Assembly: GCF_009914755.1 (NCBI RefSeq)
Contig: NC_060938.1
Strand: one strand, 5' to 3'
DNA length: 64,000 nt
Origin: the human T2T-CHM13v2.0 reference genome, Homo sapiens
Part shown: piece after piece, positions 1 to 16,749 of the stretch
How positions within the stretch are numbered: position 1 is the stretch's first letter
Layout of the letters: each line of letters opens with the position of its first letter
Translations under genes and position numbers: made by a program
The notes under the pieces: generated by a model
What the model saw: only the letters and a program-made list of their open reading frames with translations
Database searches by the model: none
Told to the model about the DNA's origin: nothing

Positions 1-80
1 GACTAAACTCTCCAATCAAAAGTGGCTGAATGGATGAAAAAAAGACACAATGATCTGTCACCTAGAAGAAATACACTTCA

Positions 81-223
81 GGCCAGGCGCAGTGGCTCAC
101 GCCTATAATCCCAGCACTTTGGGAGGCTGAGGTGGACAGATCACTTGAGGTCAGGAGTTTGAGACGAGCCTGGCCAGCATGGTGAAACCCTGTCTCTACT
201 GAAAATAGGAAAAAAAAAAAAAA
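81..223 (+). mobile_element. Alu left monomer with A-tail
   Basis: ggccaggcgcagtggctcac... ending at the middle A-rich linker; 15-bp TSD. Confidence 0.9.
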
Positions 224-1706
224 AGAAAGAAACACGCTTCACTTATACAGATACACATAGATAAAGGGATGTAAAAAGATGTGCCATGACAATGGAAACC
301 AAAAAAGAGCAAGAATAGCTATAGTTATAAAAGACAAAATAGATTTCAAGACAAAAACTGTAAGAAGAGACAAAGTCATTCTATAATGATAAAGGGGTCA
401 ATTCAGCATGAGAGTGTAACAATTGTAAGTATATATGCACCCAATGCTAGAGTACCCAGATATATAAAGCAAATATTATTAGAGCTAAAGAGAAAGACAG
501 ACTCCAATACGGTAATAGCTGGAGATATCAACACTCCATTTTCAGCATTGGACAGATCTCCCAGGTAGAAAATCAACAAACATCAGACTTAATCTGTAAT
601 ACTGAACAAATGAACCTAATAAACATTTGCAGAACATTTCATCCAACAGCTGTAGAATACACATTCTTCTTTTTAGCGCATGGGTAATTCTTAAGGATAG
701 ACGATATGTTAGGTCACCAAACAAATCTGAAAACTTTAAAAAAACTGAAATAATATCAGGCATCTTCTCTGACCACAGTGGAATAAAACTAAAAATCAAT
801 AACAGGAGGAATTTTGGAAAGTATATGAACACATGGAAATTAAACAGTATGCTTCTGAATGAACAGTGGGCCAATGAAGATATTAAGAAGGAAACTGAAA
901 AGTGCCTTGAAACAAGTGATAATGGAAACACAACATACCAAAACCTATGGGATATAGTGAAAACAGTATTAAGAGGGAAATGTATAGCTATAAGTGTCTA
1001 CATCAAAAAGGAAGAAGAACTTCAAACAAATAACCTAATGATTATCTTAAAGAATTAGAAAAGCAAGAGCAAACCAAACCCAAAATTAGGAGAAAAAAAG
1101 CAAAAATATGGATCAGAGCAGAAATAAATGAATTTGACATGAAGAAAACAATACAACAGGTCAATGAAACAGAAAAAAAGTTCTTTTGAAAAGATGAACA
1201 AAATTGATAAACTTTTAGCCAGACTGAATAAGAAAAAAAAAGAAGACCCAAAGAAATAAAATCAGAGAAGAAAAAGGAGACATAACTAATACCACAGGAA
1301 TTCAAAGGGTTATTAATGGCTACTATGAACAACTATATGTCAATAAATTGGAAAATCTAGAAGAAATGGATAAATTTTTAGACATATACAACCTACCAAG
1401 ATTGAACTATGAAGAAAACCAAAACCTAAACAGAAAAATAACAAGTAACAAGATAGAAGTCACAATAAAAAGTCTCCCAATAAAGAAAAGCCTGAGACCC
1501 AATGGCTTCATTGCTGAATTCTACCAAACATTTAAAGAACTACTACCAATCCTATTCAAACTGTTCTGAAAAGTAGAGGAGGAGGGAATACTTCCAAACT
1601 CATTCTATGAGGCCAGTATTTCCCCTATACCAAAACCAGACAAAGAAACATCAGAAAAAGAAAACTATGGCCAATATCTCTGATGAATATTGATGCGAAA
1701 ATGCTA

Positions 1707-2058
<352 letters not shown>

Positions 2059-2339
2059 AGATTGTTCATCATGATCAACTGAGATCTCAGGGATGCAAGG
2101 ATGGTTCAGATATGCAAATCAATATATGTCGTACATCATATCAATAGAACGAAGGACAAACCATATGATCATTTCAATTGATGCTGAAATAGCACTTGAT
2201 AAAGTTCAATGTCACTTCATGACAAAAAAACCCTTAAAAAACTGGGTATAGAAGAATGATACCTCAATATAATAAAAGCCACATATGACAGACCCACAGC
2301 TAATATTACACTGAATGGAGAAAAACTGAAAGCCTTTCC

Positions 2340-2631
2340 TTTTTTTTTTTGAGATGGAGTCTTGCTCTGTCGCTCAGGCTGGAGTGCAGTGATATGATCT
2401 CGGCTCACTGCAACCTCCGCCTCACGGGTTCACGCCATTCTTCTGCCTCAGCCTCCCGAGTAGCTGGACTACAGGCGCCCGCCATCAAGCCCGGCTAATT
2501 TTTTTGTATTTTTAGTAGAGACGGGGTTACACGATGTTAGCCAGGATGGTCTCGATCTCCTGACCCCGTGATCTGCCCGCCTCAGCCTCCCAAAGTGCTG
2601 GGATTACAGGCGTGAGCCACCGCGCCCGGCC
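2340..2631 (-). mobile_element. AluY
   Basis: Antisense Alu with AluY diagnostics; TSD aagcctttc. Confidence 0.92.
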
Positions 2632-4994
2632 AAGCCTTTCTTTTCAGATCTGGAATGTGATAAGAATGCCCATTTTCACCACTGTTATTCAACATAGGAC
2701 TGGAAGTCTTAGCTAGAGTAATCAGACAAGAGAAAGAAATAAAGGGCATCCAAATTGGAAAGGAAAAGGTCAAATTATCCTTGTTTGCAGTTGTCATAAT
2801 TTTATATTTAGAAAAACTTAAAGACTCCACCAAAAACTATTAGAATTGATTTTTAAAAATCCAGTAAAGTTGCAGGATACAAAATCAGCATACAAAAACC
2901 AGTAACTTTTTATATGCCAACAGTGAATAATCTGAAAGAGAAATAAAAAAGTAATCTTATTTACAACAGCCACATATAAAATTAATTACCGAGGAATTAA
3001 CCAAAGAAGTAAAAGATCTCTATGAAGAAAACTATAAAACATTGATGAAAGAAATTGAGGAGAACACACATACACACAAAGGAAAGATATTTCATGTTCA
3101 CGGATTGGAAGAATCAACATTGTTAAAATGTCCATGCTACCCAAAGTAATCTACAGATTCAATGCAATTCTTATCAAAATACCGATGACATTCTCCACAA
3201 ATATAGAATGTCAAAAAAAAAAAGCTATCCTAAAATTTGTATGAAACAACAGAAGACCCAGAATAGCCAAAGCTATCCTGAGCAAAAAGAACAAAAAGGG
3301 AGGAATCATATTATCTGACTTCAAATTATACTGCAGAGCTAAAGTAACCAAAACAGCATGCTACTAGCATAAAACCAGACACATAGACCAATGGAACAAA
3401 CTAGAGAACCCAGAAACAAGTCCACACAACAACAGTGAACTCATTTTGGGCAAGGATGCCAACAACGTACACTGGGGAAAAGACAGTCTCTTCAGCAAAT
3501 AGTGCTGGGAAAACTTGATGTCCATATGCAAAAGAATGAAACGAAACCCCTAGCTCTTGCCCATACACAAAAGTCAAATCAAAATGAATTAAATAATTGA
3601 ATCTAAGACCTCAAACTATGAAACTACTTCAAGAAAACATTGGGGAAACTTTCCAGGACACTGGTCCGGGCAAAAATTTCTTGTGTAATACCCCACAAGC
3701 TCAGGCAACCAAAACAAAAATGGACAAATGGGATCACATCAAGTTAAAAAGCTTCTGCACAGCAAAGGAAACAATCAACAAAGTGAACAGACAATCCACA
3801 GAATGAGAGAATATATTTGCAAACTTTCCATCTGACAAGGGATTAATAACTAGACTATATAAGGAGCTCAAACAACTCTATGGGAAAAAATCTGATAATC
3901 TGATTTTTAAGTGGGCAAAAGATTTGAGTAGACATTTCTCAAAAGAAGACATACAAATGGCAAACAGGCATATGAAAAGGTGCTCAACATCATTGATCAC
4001 ATAAATGCAAATTGAAACTACAGTGATCAGATTAAGACACCTTGATGCCACCCCACACAAAAAAAAAACACCTACAATAAGATATCATCTTACCCCAGTT
4101 AAAATGGCTTTTATTCAAAAGTCAGGCAATAACAAGTGCTGACGAGGATGTGGAGAAGAGAGAGCCCTTGTACACTGTTGGTGGGAATGTAAATTAGTAC
4201 AGCCACTGTGGAGAACAGTTTGGGGATTCCTCAAAAAACTAAAAATAGAGCTACCACATGATCCAGCAATCCCACTACTGGGTATATACCCAAAAGAAAG
4301 GAAATCAGTATATCAAAGAGATATCTGCACTCCCTTGTGTGTTGCAGCACTGTTCACAATAGCCAAGATTTGGAAGCAACTTAAGTGTCCATCAACAGAT
4401 GAATGGATAAAGAAAATGTGGTACTTATATACAGTAGAGTACTATTCAGCCATAAACAAGAATGAGATTCTGTCATTTGTAGCAACATGGGTGGAACTGG
4501 AGGTCATTATGTTAAGTGAAAAAAGCCAGGCACAGAAAGACAAACATTTCATGTTCTCATTTATTTGTGGGATCAAAAATCAAAACAATTCATGAAGATA
4601 GAGAATAGAAGGATGGTTATTAGAGGCGGGGAAGGGTAGTGGGGATGGGGTGGGGAGGAGATGGGGATAGTTAATGCATACCAAAAAAAATAGAAAGAAT
4701 AAATAAGACCTAGTATTTGATAGCATAACAGGGTGACTATAGTGAATAATAATTTAATCATACATTTAAAAATAACTAAAAGAGTATTGTACATTAAAAA
4801 ATAACTAAAAGTATAATTGGATTGTTTGTAACACAAAGGATAAAAGCACGAGGGGATCGATATCCTATCTTTCATGATGTGAATATTACTCATTGCACTA
4901 TTACACATTGCAAAATATCTCATGTACCCTGTAAGTATACACACCAAGTATGTACCCACAAAAATGAAAAATTTTTTAAAAAATTAAAAAACTC

Positions 4995-5963
<969 letters not shown>

Positions 5964-6579
5964 TGATAAAATTGTGAACACACACAAAAATGAGTATAAG
6001 TAAGACTAATGAAATCAGTAATGTCATGAGGTCTATGGATGGTACCAATGTCAATTTATTGGTTTTGATATTGTATTATATTTATATAAGAAGTTATCGT
6101 TGGGGAAATAAATGAGTCAAGGGTATATGGAACCTTTCTACACTACTTTTGGCAATTTCCTATGAATCTATAGCTATTTTATTTTATTATTATAATTTTT
6201 TTTTTTTGGTAAAACGGAGTAGAAACTTTATTCGTTGATCAGGGAATGGAGAAGAGGAGTTTGTGCTCAAAGAACCTTCTCTCTGTAATTATTTTAAAAC
6301 AAAATGTTACAATTTATGGTATTAGAAAGCAGGACAATGGTTGCCTTTAGGGGAGATGGTGTATGGAAGCGGGCACAGGGGTTTTCTGGGTGCTGGGAAT
6401 GTTATGATTTCTGATCAGGGTGGCTGATTACATGGGTGTGTTGAGTTTGTGGAAATTCAGTAAGCTATGTGTGCAAGAAATAGGCATACTTCTGTATGTA
6501 TATTATACATCAATATACATTGAATATACATTAAATGTCAATATACATTGAATATACATTAAATCGAACAAAAAGTGTT

Positions 6580-7660
6580 TTTTTGTTTGTTTTGAGACTA
6601 GTTCTCGCCCTGTCACCCAGGCTGGAGGCAGTGGTGCAATCACTGCTCACTGCAGCCTCAACCTGCAGGCTCAAGAGATTCTCCCACCTCAACCTCCTTA
6701 GTAGCTGGGACTACAGGCATGCATCAGCACGCCTGGCTAATTTTGTACTTTTTGTAGAGACAGGATTTTACTACATTGGCCAGGCTGATCTCAAACTCCT
6801 GGACTCAGGTGATTCACCCACCTCAGCCCCCCAAAGTGCTGGGATTACAGGCTTGAGTCACCACACCTGGTCAATAAAAAGTTCTAAAAATATAAAAGTT
6901 TTTTAAAAATCTCATCAGGCAATGCCAGGCATGGTGGCTCAAGCCTGTAATCCCAGCACTTTGGGAGGCCGAGGCAGGTGGATCACCTGAGGTCGGGAGT
7001 TCAAGACCAGCCTGACCAACATGGAGAAACCTCGTCTCTACTAAAAATACAAAATTAGCCAGGCGTGGTGGCACATGCCTGTAATCCCAGCTACTCAGGA
7101 GGCTGAGGCAGGAGAATTGCTTGAAGGTGGTGGAGGTGGAGATTGCGGTGAGCTGAGATCGTGCCATCACACTCCAGCCTGGGTGACGAGAGCGAAACTC
7201 TGTCTAAAAAAAAAACTCATCAGGCTCTTTTTAGAAATTGTTTATCTGATAATAAAATTCATTTGGAAATGCAAATGAGTTAGAATGGTCAAAGCAACTC
7301 TGCAAAAGAACAGGCTGGCCAGGCGCAGTGGATCACAGCTGTAATCCCAGAGCTTTGGGAGGCCAAGGCAGGAAAATCACTTGAGGCCAGGAGTTTGAGG
7401 CCAGCCTGGCCCACATAGTAAAACCCTATCTCTACCAAAAAAAAAAAAAAAAAAAAAAAAATTAACAGGTGTGGTGGCATGTGCCTGTAGTCCTAACTAT
7501 TTGGGAGGATGAGCAGGGAGGATGAGCAGGGAGGATCACTTGAGCCCAGGACTTCCAGGTTGCAGTGACTTGTGATCACATTAACGCAATCCAGCCTGGG
7601 TGACAGAGCAAGACTCTCTAAAAAAACAAAAAAACAAAACAAAACAAAACAAAAACACAA
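6580..7660. mobile_element. Alu cluster (- 6580-6871, + 6923-7214, + 7317-7660)
   Basis: Alu consensus. Confidence 0.88.
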
Positions 7661-8188
7661 GAAGAAGAAAGAACAAAGAGGATCAAGACTACATCATTTC
7701 AAGACTTATCATAAGGCTACAGTAAGTGACAGTATGGTATTGGCATCAAGACAGACAAATCAATCAGTGGAACAGAATAGAGCATGCAGAAATGGGCTTG
7801 AATATGTATAGAACACTGATTTTCCTTTTTATTTCGGTAAAATATATAACATAAAATTTGCTATTTTAACCATTGTTAGTGTGCAATTCAGTGGCATTAG
7901 GTACATTCACAATGTTGTACAATCATCATCTCTATTTCCATAATTTTTCATAACCACTAACAGAAACTCTTCACCCATTAAGCAATTACTTCCTATCTCT
8001 CATACCCCTAGTTCCTGCTAACCTCTAATCTACTTTCTGTCTCTATAAATCTGACTGTTCTGGATATTTCAGTGAGATTATACAATATTTCTCTTTTTGT
8101 GTCTGGCTTATTTCACTTAGCATAATTTTTTCAAGATTCATCCATGTTGTAGCATGTATCAAAACTTTATTTCCTTTATGGCTGAATA

Positions 8189-8194
<6 letters not shown>

Positions 8195-8241
<47 letters not shown>
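8195..8241. repeat. (TA)n microsatellite
   Basis: About 23 perfect TA units. Confidence 0.95.
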
Positions 8242-8247
<6 letters not shown>

Positions 8248-8743
8248 CACATTGTTTATCCATTCATCTACTAATGGACATTTGTGTTGTTTCTATCTTT
8301 TGGTTATTGTGAATAATGCTGGTAGGAATATTGGTGTACATATATCTGTTTGAGCCCCTGTTTTAAATTATTTTGTATACACCTAGGAATGGAATTGCTG
8401 GGTCACATGGCAGGATAGTTCTATTTTTCACTTTTTGAGGAGCCACCAAATTGCTTTCCAAAGCAGGTGCATCATTGTACATTCCCATCAGCAATGTACA
8501 AGGGTTCTGATTTCTCCATATCCTCCTAAAACATATTTTCATTTAGAAAATTCTAGCCACCCCACCACATGTGAAATGACATTTCACTGTGGTTTTAATT
8601 TGCATTTCCCCTATGACTAATTATATTGAGAATCTTTTCATGTGTCTGCTGGACACTTCTATATCTTCTTTGTAGAAATGTCTATTCAAATCTTTTGCCT
8701 ATTTTTAATTGGGTTGTTTGACTTTTTTGTTGTTGAGTTGTTC

Positions 8744-9150
8744 TTTTTTTTGAAACAAGAGTTCTCACATATTTATTACTGAACCCAGACTACTAGCGCA
8801 CAGCAAATAAAGAAACAGAAAAACTATATTCCCAATAAAACATGCCCAACTGTCCAGATAGTGGTGACATTTTTAGCTTGATATGGTAAGATGGTTATGA
8901 GCTTGATACTGCATAAATATGTGTGCCATCTCGTGCACAATTCCTTATAGATCCAGCTTGAATCTTCTCCAATGTCTCCTTTTAAAGTTGTACCTGATTT
9001 TATTATCAGTTTTCATCCAAATCCACTGAGGAATGGGATGATTTTGCTTTTGTTTCTTGGTTAGGAATTGCTTAATACTGAAAGTCTTGTGAGAAGACAT
9101 GATGAGAAGCGGAGTCGAATACACACCACAATGGTGGAAAAAGGAAGAGA
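8744..9150 (-). pseudogene. RPL39 processed pseudogene, full length, with intact 51-codon ORF at 8945-9100
   Basis: Minus strand reads [51 protein letters not shown]. It has a 5'TOP-like CTCTTCCTTTTTCC leader, AATAAA, poly(A), no introns, and a degenerate TSD gagttg...ttcttt within an L1. Confidence 0.93.
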
Positions 9151-9355
9151 GAGAGAGTTGTAGTTCTTTTTATATTTTGAATATTAAAACCTTATCAGAT
9201 ATATGATTTACTAATATTTTATCCCATTCTGTGGGTTGCCTTTCACTTTCTTGATAGTATCCTTTGTTGCACAAAAGTTTTTAATTTTAACTAAGTCCCT
9301 TTTATTTATTTTTCTTCTGTTGCCTGTGCTATTTTTGTATTTAAAAAGCCATTGC

Positions 9356-9699
<344 letters not shown>

Positions 9700-10589
9700 C
9701 TATATTTTCTTCTAAGAGTTTTAGAGTTTTCACCCATACATTTAGGTCTTTGATCCATTTTGAGTTAATTTTTGTATATGGTGTAAGGTAAGGATTCAAC
9801 TTTATTCTTTTGCATATGGACATAGTTTTCCCAGCACTGTTTGTTGCAGAGACTGTTCTTTCCCCTATTCAATGGTCTTGACACCCTTGTCAAAAATCAA
9901 CTGACCATAGATGTGAGGGTTTATTTCTGGATTCTCAGTTCTATTCTGTTGGTCTATATATGTCTATCCTTATGCTAGAAACACACTGTTTTGATTACAG
10001 TAGCTTTGTAGTAGGTTTTGAAATTGGGCAATATGAGTCTTCCAAATTTTTTCCTTTTTAAGATTGTTTTGACTATTCTAAGTTTTTTGAAATTTTATAT
10101 TAATTTTAGGGTGGATTTTTCAATTTCTGAAAAAATAGTTGGAATTTTGATAGGGATGACATTGAATCCGTATATAGCTTTGGATGCTATTGTAAACAAT
10201 ATTAAGTAGTGTTCTATGTACAAACAAGTCTTGTGCCTCTCCTTGATTAAATTTATTCCTAAATATTTTATCCTTCTTGATGCTGTCACAAATGGAATTA
10301 TTTTCTCTGGGCAATCAATTTTTGACAAAGGTAATTTAGTTGAGAAAAGTTAATCTTTTAAAAAAATGGTGCTGAAACAATTGGATATCCACATGCAAAA
10401 CACACCCACATATGCACATGCAAACTTTAATCCATACCTCACACCATGTAGAAAATTAACTCAAATGAATCATATACCTAAATGTAAAATCAAAATTACA
10501 AATCTAGATTTCTAGAATTTTTGAAGAAAATTTCCAGAGGTACCCCATTTTCCTTTCAGAGTAGAAGAAAAGATAAGAATATTTAAAGA

Positions 10590-12396
10590 GCTCCCCCTCT
10601 CCCCTCTCCCCTCTCCCCTCTCCCCACGGTCTCCCTCTCCCTCTCTTTCCATGGTCTCCCTCTGATGCTGAGCCGAAGCTGGACTGTACTGCTGCCATCT
10701 CGGCTCACTGCAACCTCCCTGCCTGATTCTCCTGCCTCAGCCTGCCCAGTGCCTGCGATTGCAGGCACGCGCCGCCACGCCTGACTGGTTTTTGTATTTT
10801 TTTGGTGGAGAGGGGGTTTCGCTGTGTTGGCCGGGCTGGTCTCCAGCTCCTAACCGTGAGTGATCTGCCAGCCTCGGCCTCCCGAGGTGCTGGGATTGCA
10901 GACGGAGTCTCGTTCACTCAGTGCTCAATGTTGCCCAGGCTGGAGTGCAGTGGCGTGATCTTGGCTAGCTACAGCCTCCACCTCCCAGCCGCCTGCCTTG
11001 GCCTCCCAAAGTGCCGAGATTGCAGCCTCTGCCCGGCTGCCACCCCGTCTGGGATGTGAGGAGCGTCTCTGCCTGGCTGCCCATCGTCTGGGATGTGAGG
11101 AGCCCCTCTGCCCGGCTGCCCACTCTGGGAAGTGAGGAGGGCCTCTTCCCCGCCGCCATCCCGTCTAAGAAGTGAGGAGCGTCTCTGCCCGGCTGCCCAT
11201 CGTCTGAGATGTGGGGAGCGCCTCTGCCCCGCCGCCCCATCTGGGATGTGAGGAGCGCCTCTGCCCGGCCGCAACCCCATCTGGGAGGTGAGGAGCGTCT
11301 CTGCCCGGCTGCCCTGTCTGAGAAGTGAGGAGCCCCTCCACCTGGCAGCCACCCCATCTGAGAAGTGAGGATCCCCTCCGCCCGGCAGCCGCCCTGTCTG
11401 AGAAGTGAGGAGCGCCTCCGCCCGGCAGCCGCCCCGTCTGAGAAGTGAGGAGCCCCTCCGCCCGGCAGCCGCCCCGTCTGGGAAGTGAGGAGCGTCTCTG
11501 CCCAGCAGCCACCCCTCTGGGAGGGAGGTGGGGGTCAGCCCCCGCCCAGCAGCCACCCCGTCCGGGAGGGAGTTGGGGGGTCAGCCCCCGCCCGGCCAGC
11601 CTCCCCGTCCGGGAGGGAGTTGGGGGGTCAGCCCCCACCAGGCCAGCCGCCCCGTCTGGGAGGGAGGTGGGGGGTCAGCCCCCGCCCGGCCAGCCGCCCC
11701 GTCCGGGAGGGAGGTGGGGGGGTCAGCCCCCACCCGGCCAGCCGCCCCGTCTGGGAGGGAGGTGGGGGGGGGGTCAGCCTCTGCCCGGCCGCCACCCTGT
11801 CTGGGAGGTGGGGGTGCCTCTGCCCGGCTGCCCCGTCTGGGAAGTGAGGAGCCCCTCTGCCCGGCCACCACCCCATCTGGGAGGTGTACCCAACAGCTCA
11901 TTGAGAACGGGCCATGATGACGATGGTGGTTTTGTGGAATAGAAAAGGGGGAAAGGTGGGGAAAAGACAGAGAAATCAGATTGTTGCTGTGTCTGTGTAG
12001 AAAGAAGTAGACATAGGAGACTCCATTTTGTTCTGTACTAAGAAAAATTCTTCTGCCTTGGGATGCTGTTGATCTATGACCTTACCCCCAACTCTGTGCT
12101 CTCTGAAACATGTGCTGTGTCCACTCGGGGTTAAATGGATTAAGGGCGGTGCAAGATGTGCTTTGTTAAACAGATGCTTGAAGGCAGCATGCTGGTTAAG
12201 AGTCATCACCACTCCCTAATCTCAAGTACCCAGCGACACAAACACTGCGGAAGGCCGCAGGGTCCTCTGCCTAGGAAAACCAGAGACCTTTGTTCACATG
12301 TTTATTGGCTGACCTTCCCTCCACTATTGTCCTATGACCCTGCCAAATGCCCCTCTGCGAGAAACACCCAAGAATGATCAATTAAAAAAAAAAAAA
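10590..12396 (+). mobile_element. Full-length SVA retrotransposon (probably older B/C-like subfamily)
   Basis: CCCTCT-type hexamer head, antisense Alu-like segment, GC-rich VNTR (~11030-11885), SINE-R, poly(A); exact 15-bp TSD aagaatatttaaaga at 10575-10589 and 12397-12411. Confidence 0.97.
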
Positions 12397-12426
12397 AAGA
12401 ATATTTAAAGAAAAGAAAATTTTATC

Positions 12427-14330
<1,904 letters not shown>

Positions 14331-14369
14331 AAACAATTATATTTAAGAAAACTATTTATGGAATAGTTT

Positions 14370-15748
14370 GATTTGTAACCTGAGCTAATCACTTTTTTCA
14401 TGGAATACTGTTTTTACTTGAAAGAACATCTAACATACAAACTATTCAGACTTAGGTATTTGGTAGGCATTTTCTCAAAAATAAACAAAACTGCCTTGCC
14501 ACTTCAAGGAAAACCAGTGACAGTATTTGTTGCCAATGATAAAATTCAAGCTTTCAGATGAAAATTAGACCTTTGGAAAACTTGTACCTGCAACTGACAG
14601 CTTGACAGCTTCCCAAGACTCAAATACTTACCTGATGAGATAGATAGTGATATTAACAAAAGTGATTTTTTATATTGTGTAATGAACTGTGTCAATATTT
14701 AATATTGTATAACAAAATGCACTGATGTGTATAACTCAGTGAACCAAAATTTTTGAAATGACCAGTTTGGTCTAAATGTATGATGTTACAAAATCGTGCA
14801 TGGGCAAAAGATCCATTTAAAGTGCAAAACAGACCAAATAATTTTAATGTAACCGGCTATAAAAAGTTCATTGATATGGTTCAGATCCCACTTTGCAATC
14901 AACTTTTAACTCAGACTTCCTGAATTTTTATGTGATATCAAAGAGAAATGTTCACAATTATCTGAAAAGGCCATTTAAATACCATTCTCTTTCCCCACAT
15001 ATTTGAGTGAATCCAAATGTTCTTCACACACTCCAACCAAAACAGCGTACTGCAAAAGTTAATGCAGAAGCAAATATAGGACTCCACCAGCTTTCTATTA
15101 AGCTACATAGCAAGAGATTACAAAAATGTAAAAACGATGCCACTCTTCTCACTAAATTTTTCTTGTTTTGGAAAACATATTTTCCATAGATTATTTATAT
15201 TAACATTTTGGCCAGGCGCGGTGGCTCACACCTGTAATCCCAGCACTTTGGGAGACCAAGGCAGGTGGATCATGATGTCAGGAGTTCGAGAGCAGCCTGG
15301 CCAACACGGTGAAACCCCGTCTCTACTAAAAATAGAAAAAATTAGCTGGGCGTAATGGCAGGCGCCTGTAATCCCAGCTACTCAGGAGGCTGAGGCAGGA
15401 GAATCGCTTGAACCCAGGAGGCGGAGGTTGCAGTGAGCCGAGATGGCGCCACTGCACTCCAGCCCTGGCGACAGAGTGAGACTCTGTTTCAAAAAACAAC
15501 AACAACAACAACAAAAAGCAAAAAAACCCCAAACAACAACAACAAACAAACACACATTTAATGGGGTTTATTATTGTTTTCAAATAATATTTAAAAATTT
15601 CAAATAATAAATATTTTAAAATTTCTCACTTTTAATTGCTAATTTGGTAAATATTGGTAGATGCAATTTACATAAACAAAAGCTCTTTGGAGGGTCTTCA
15701 ATAATTTTGTAAAGGAAGCCTGAGACCAAAAAGTTTGAGAACTACTAC
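14370..15748 (+). mobile_element. Charlie1-type hAT DNA transposon remnant, split by an Alu at 15209-15550
   Basis: Typical Charlie1 segments (cttcaaggaaaaccagtgacagtatttgttgccaatgataaaatt) and terminal gagaccaaaaagtttgagaactact. Confidence 0.75.
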
Positions 15749-15934
15749 TCTAAGTGGATTCCTCAGGAAAAGCTCATTTGCATGCTTTTTGCCAGTGGCC
15801 TTTATACCTGAACACAATATAAGGGGATATAAATTTCTGGGATCATAGTTTCCGTGAAAATCTGGAAAATGTTGTTTCATTGTTATCTAGAATGCTTCTG
15901 TGGAGAAATCTGATGCCAATCTTATTCTGTCTCT

Positions 15935-16448
<514 letters not shown>

Positions 16449-16749
16449 TTAGTTCTCAATTAATATCACACTGTTCTTTGTCCGCATCATTTTTAAATTT
16501 TCCTATTTCCGATTTTACGCTATTCTTTCAAAGCACCCATTATTTTCATTTCATTTTAGAATATTAAGCAAAAGTTTTCGCCCACTTTATGACCACAATT
16601 TATATTGCGTTCTCATCGTTTATTGGAACATTAATTAGGTTTTATTTTCACCTTTTTGTTTCCACAGTAACATGTATGGGATTAGGTTACAGTGTTTATT
16701 TGTCCCCAATCTTTTAAGTGAGGTGAATTTTCCTGGGCTGCTGGGAAAA

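Noticed and set aside
10700-12380. Many overlapping 100-195 aa GC-rich ORFs
   Set aside because: Products of the SVA VNTR and Alu-like domain, not genes.
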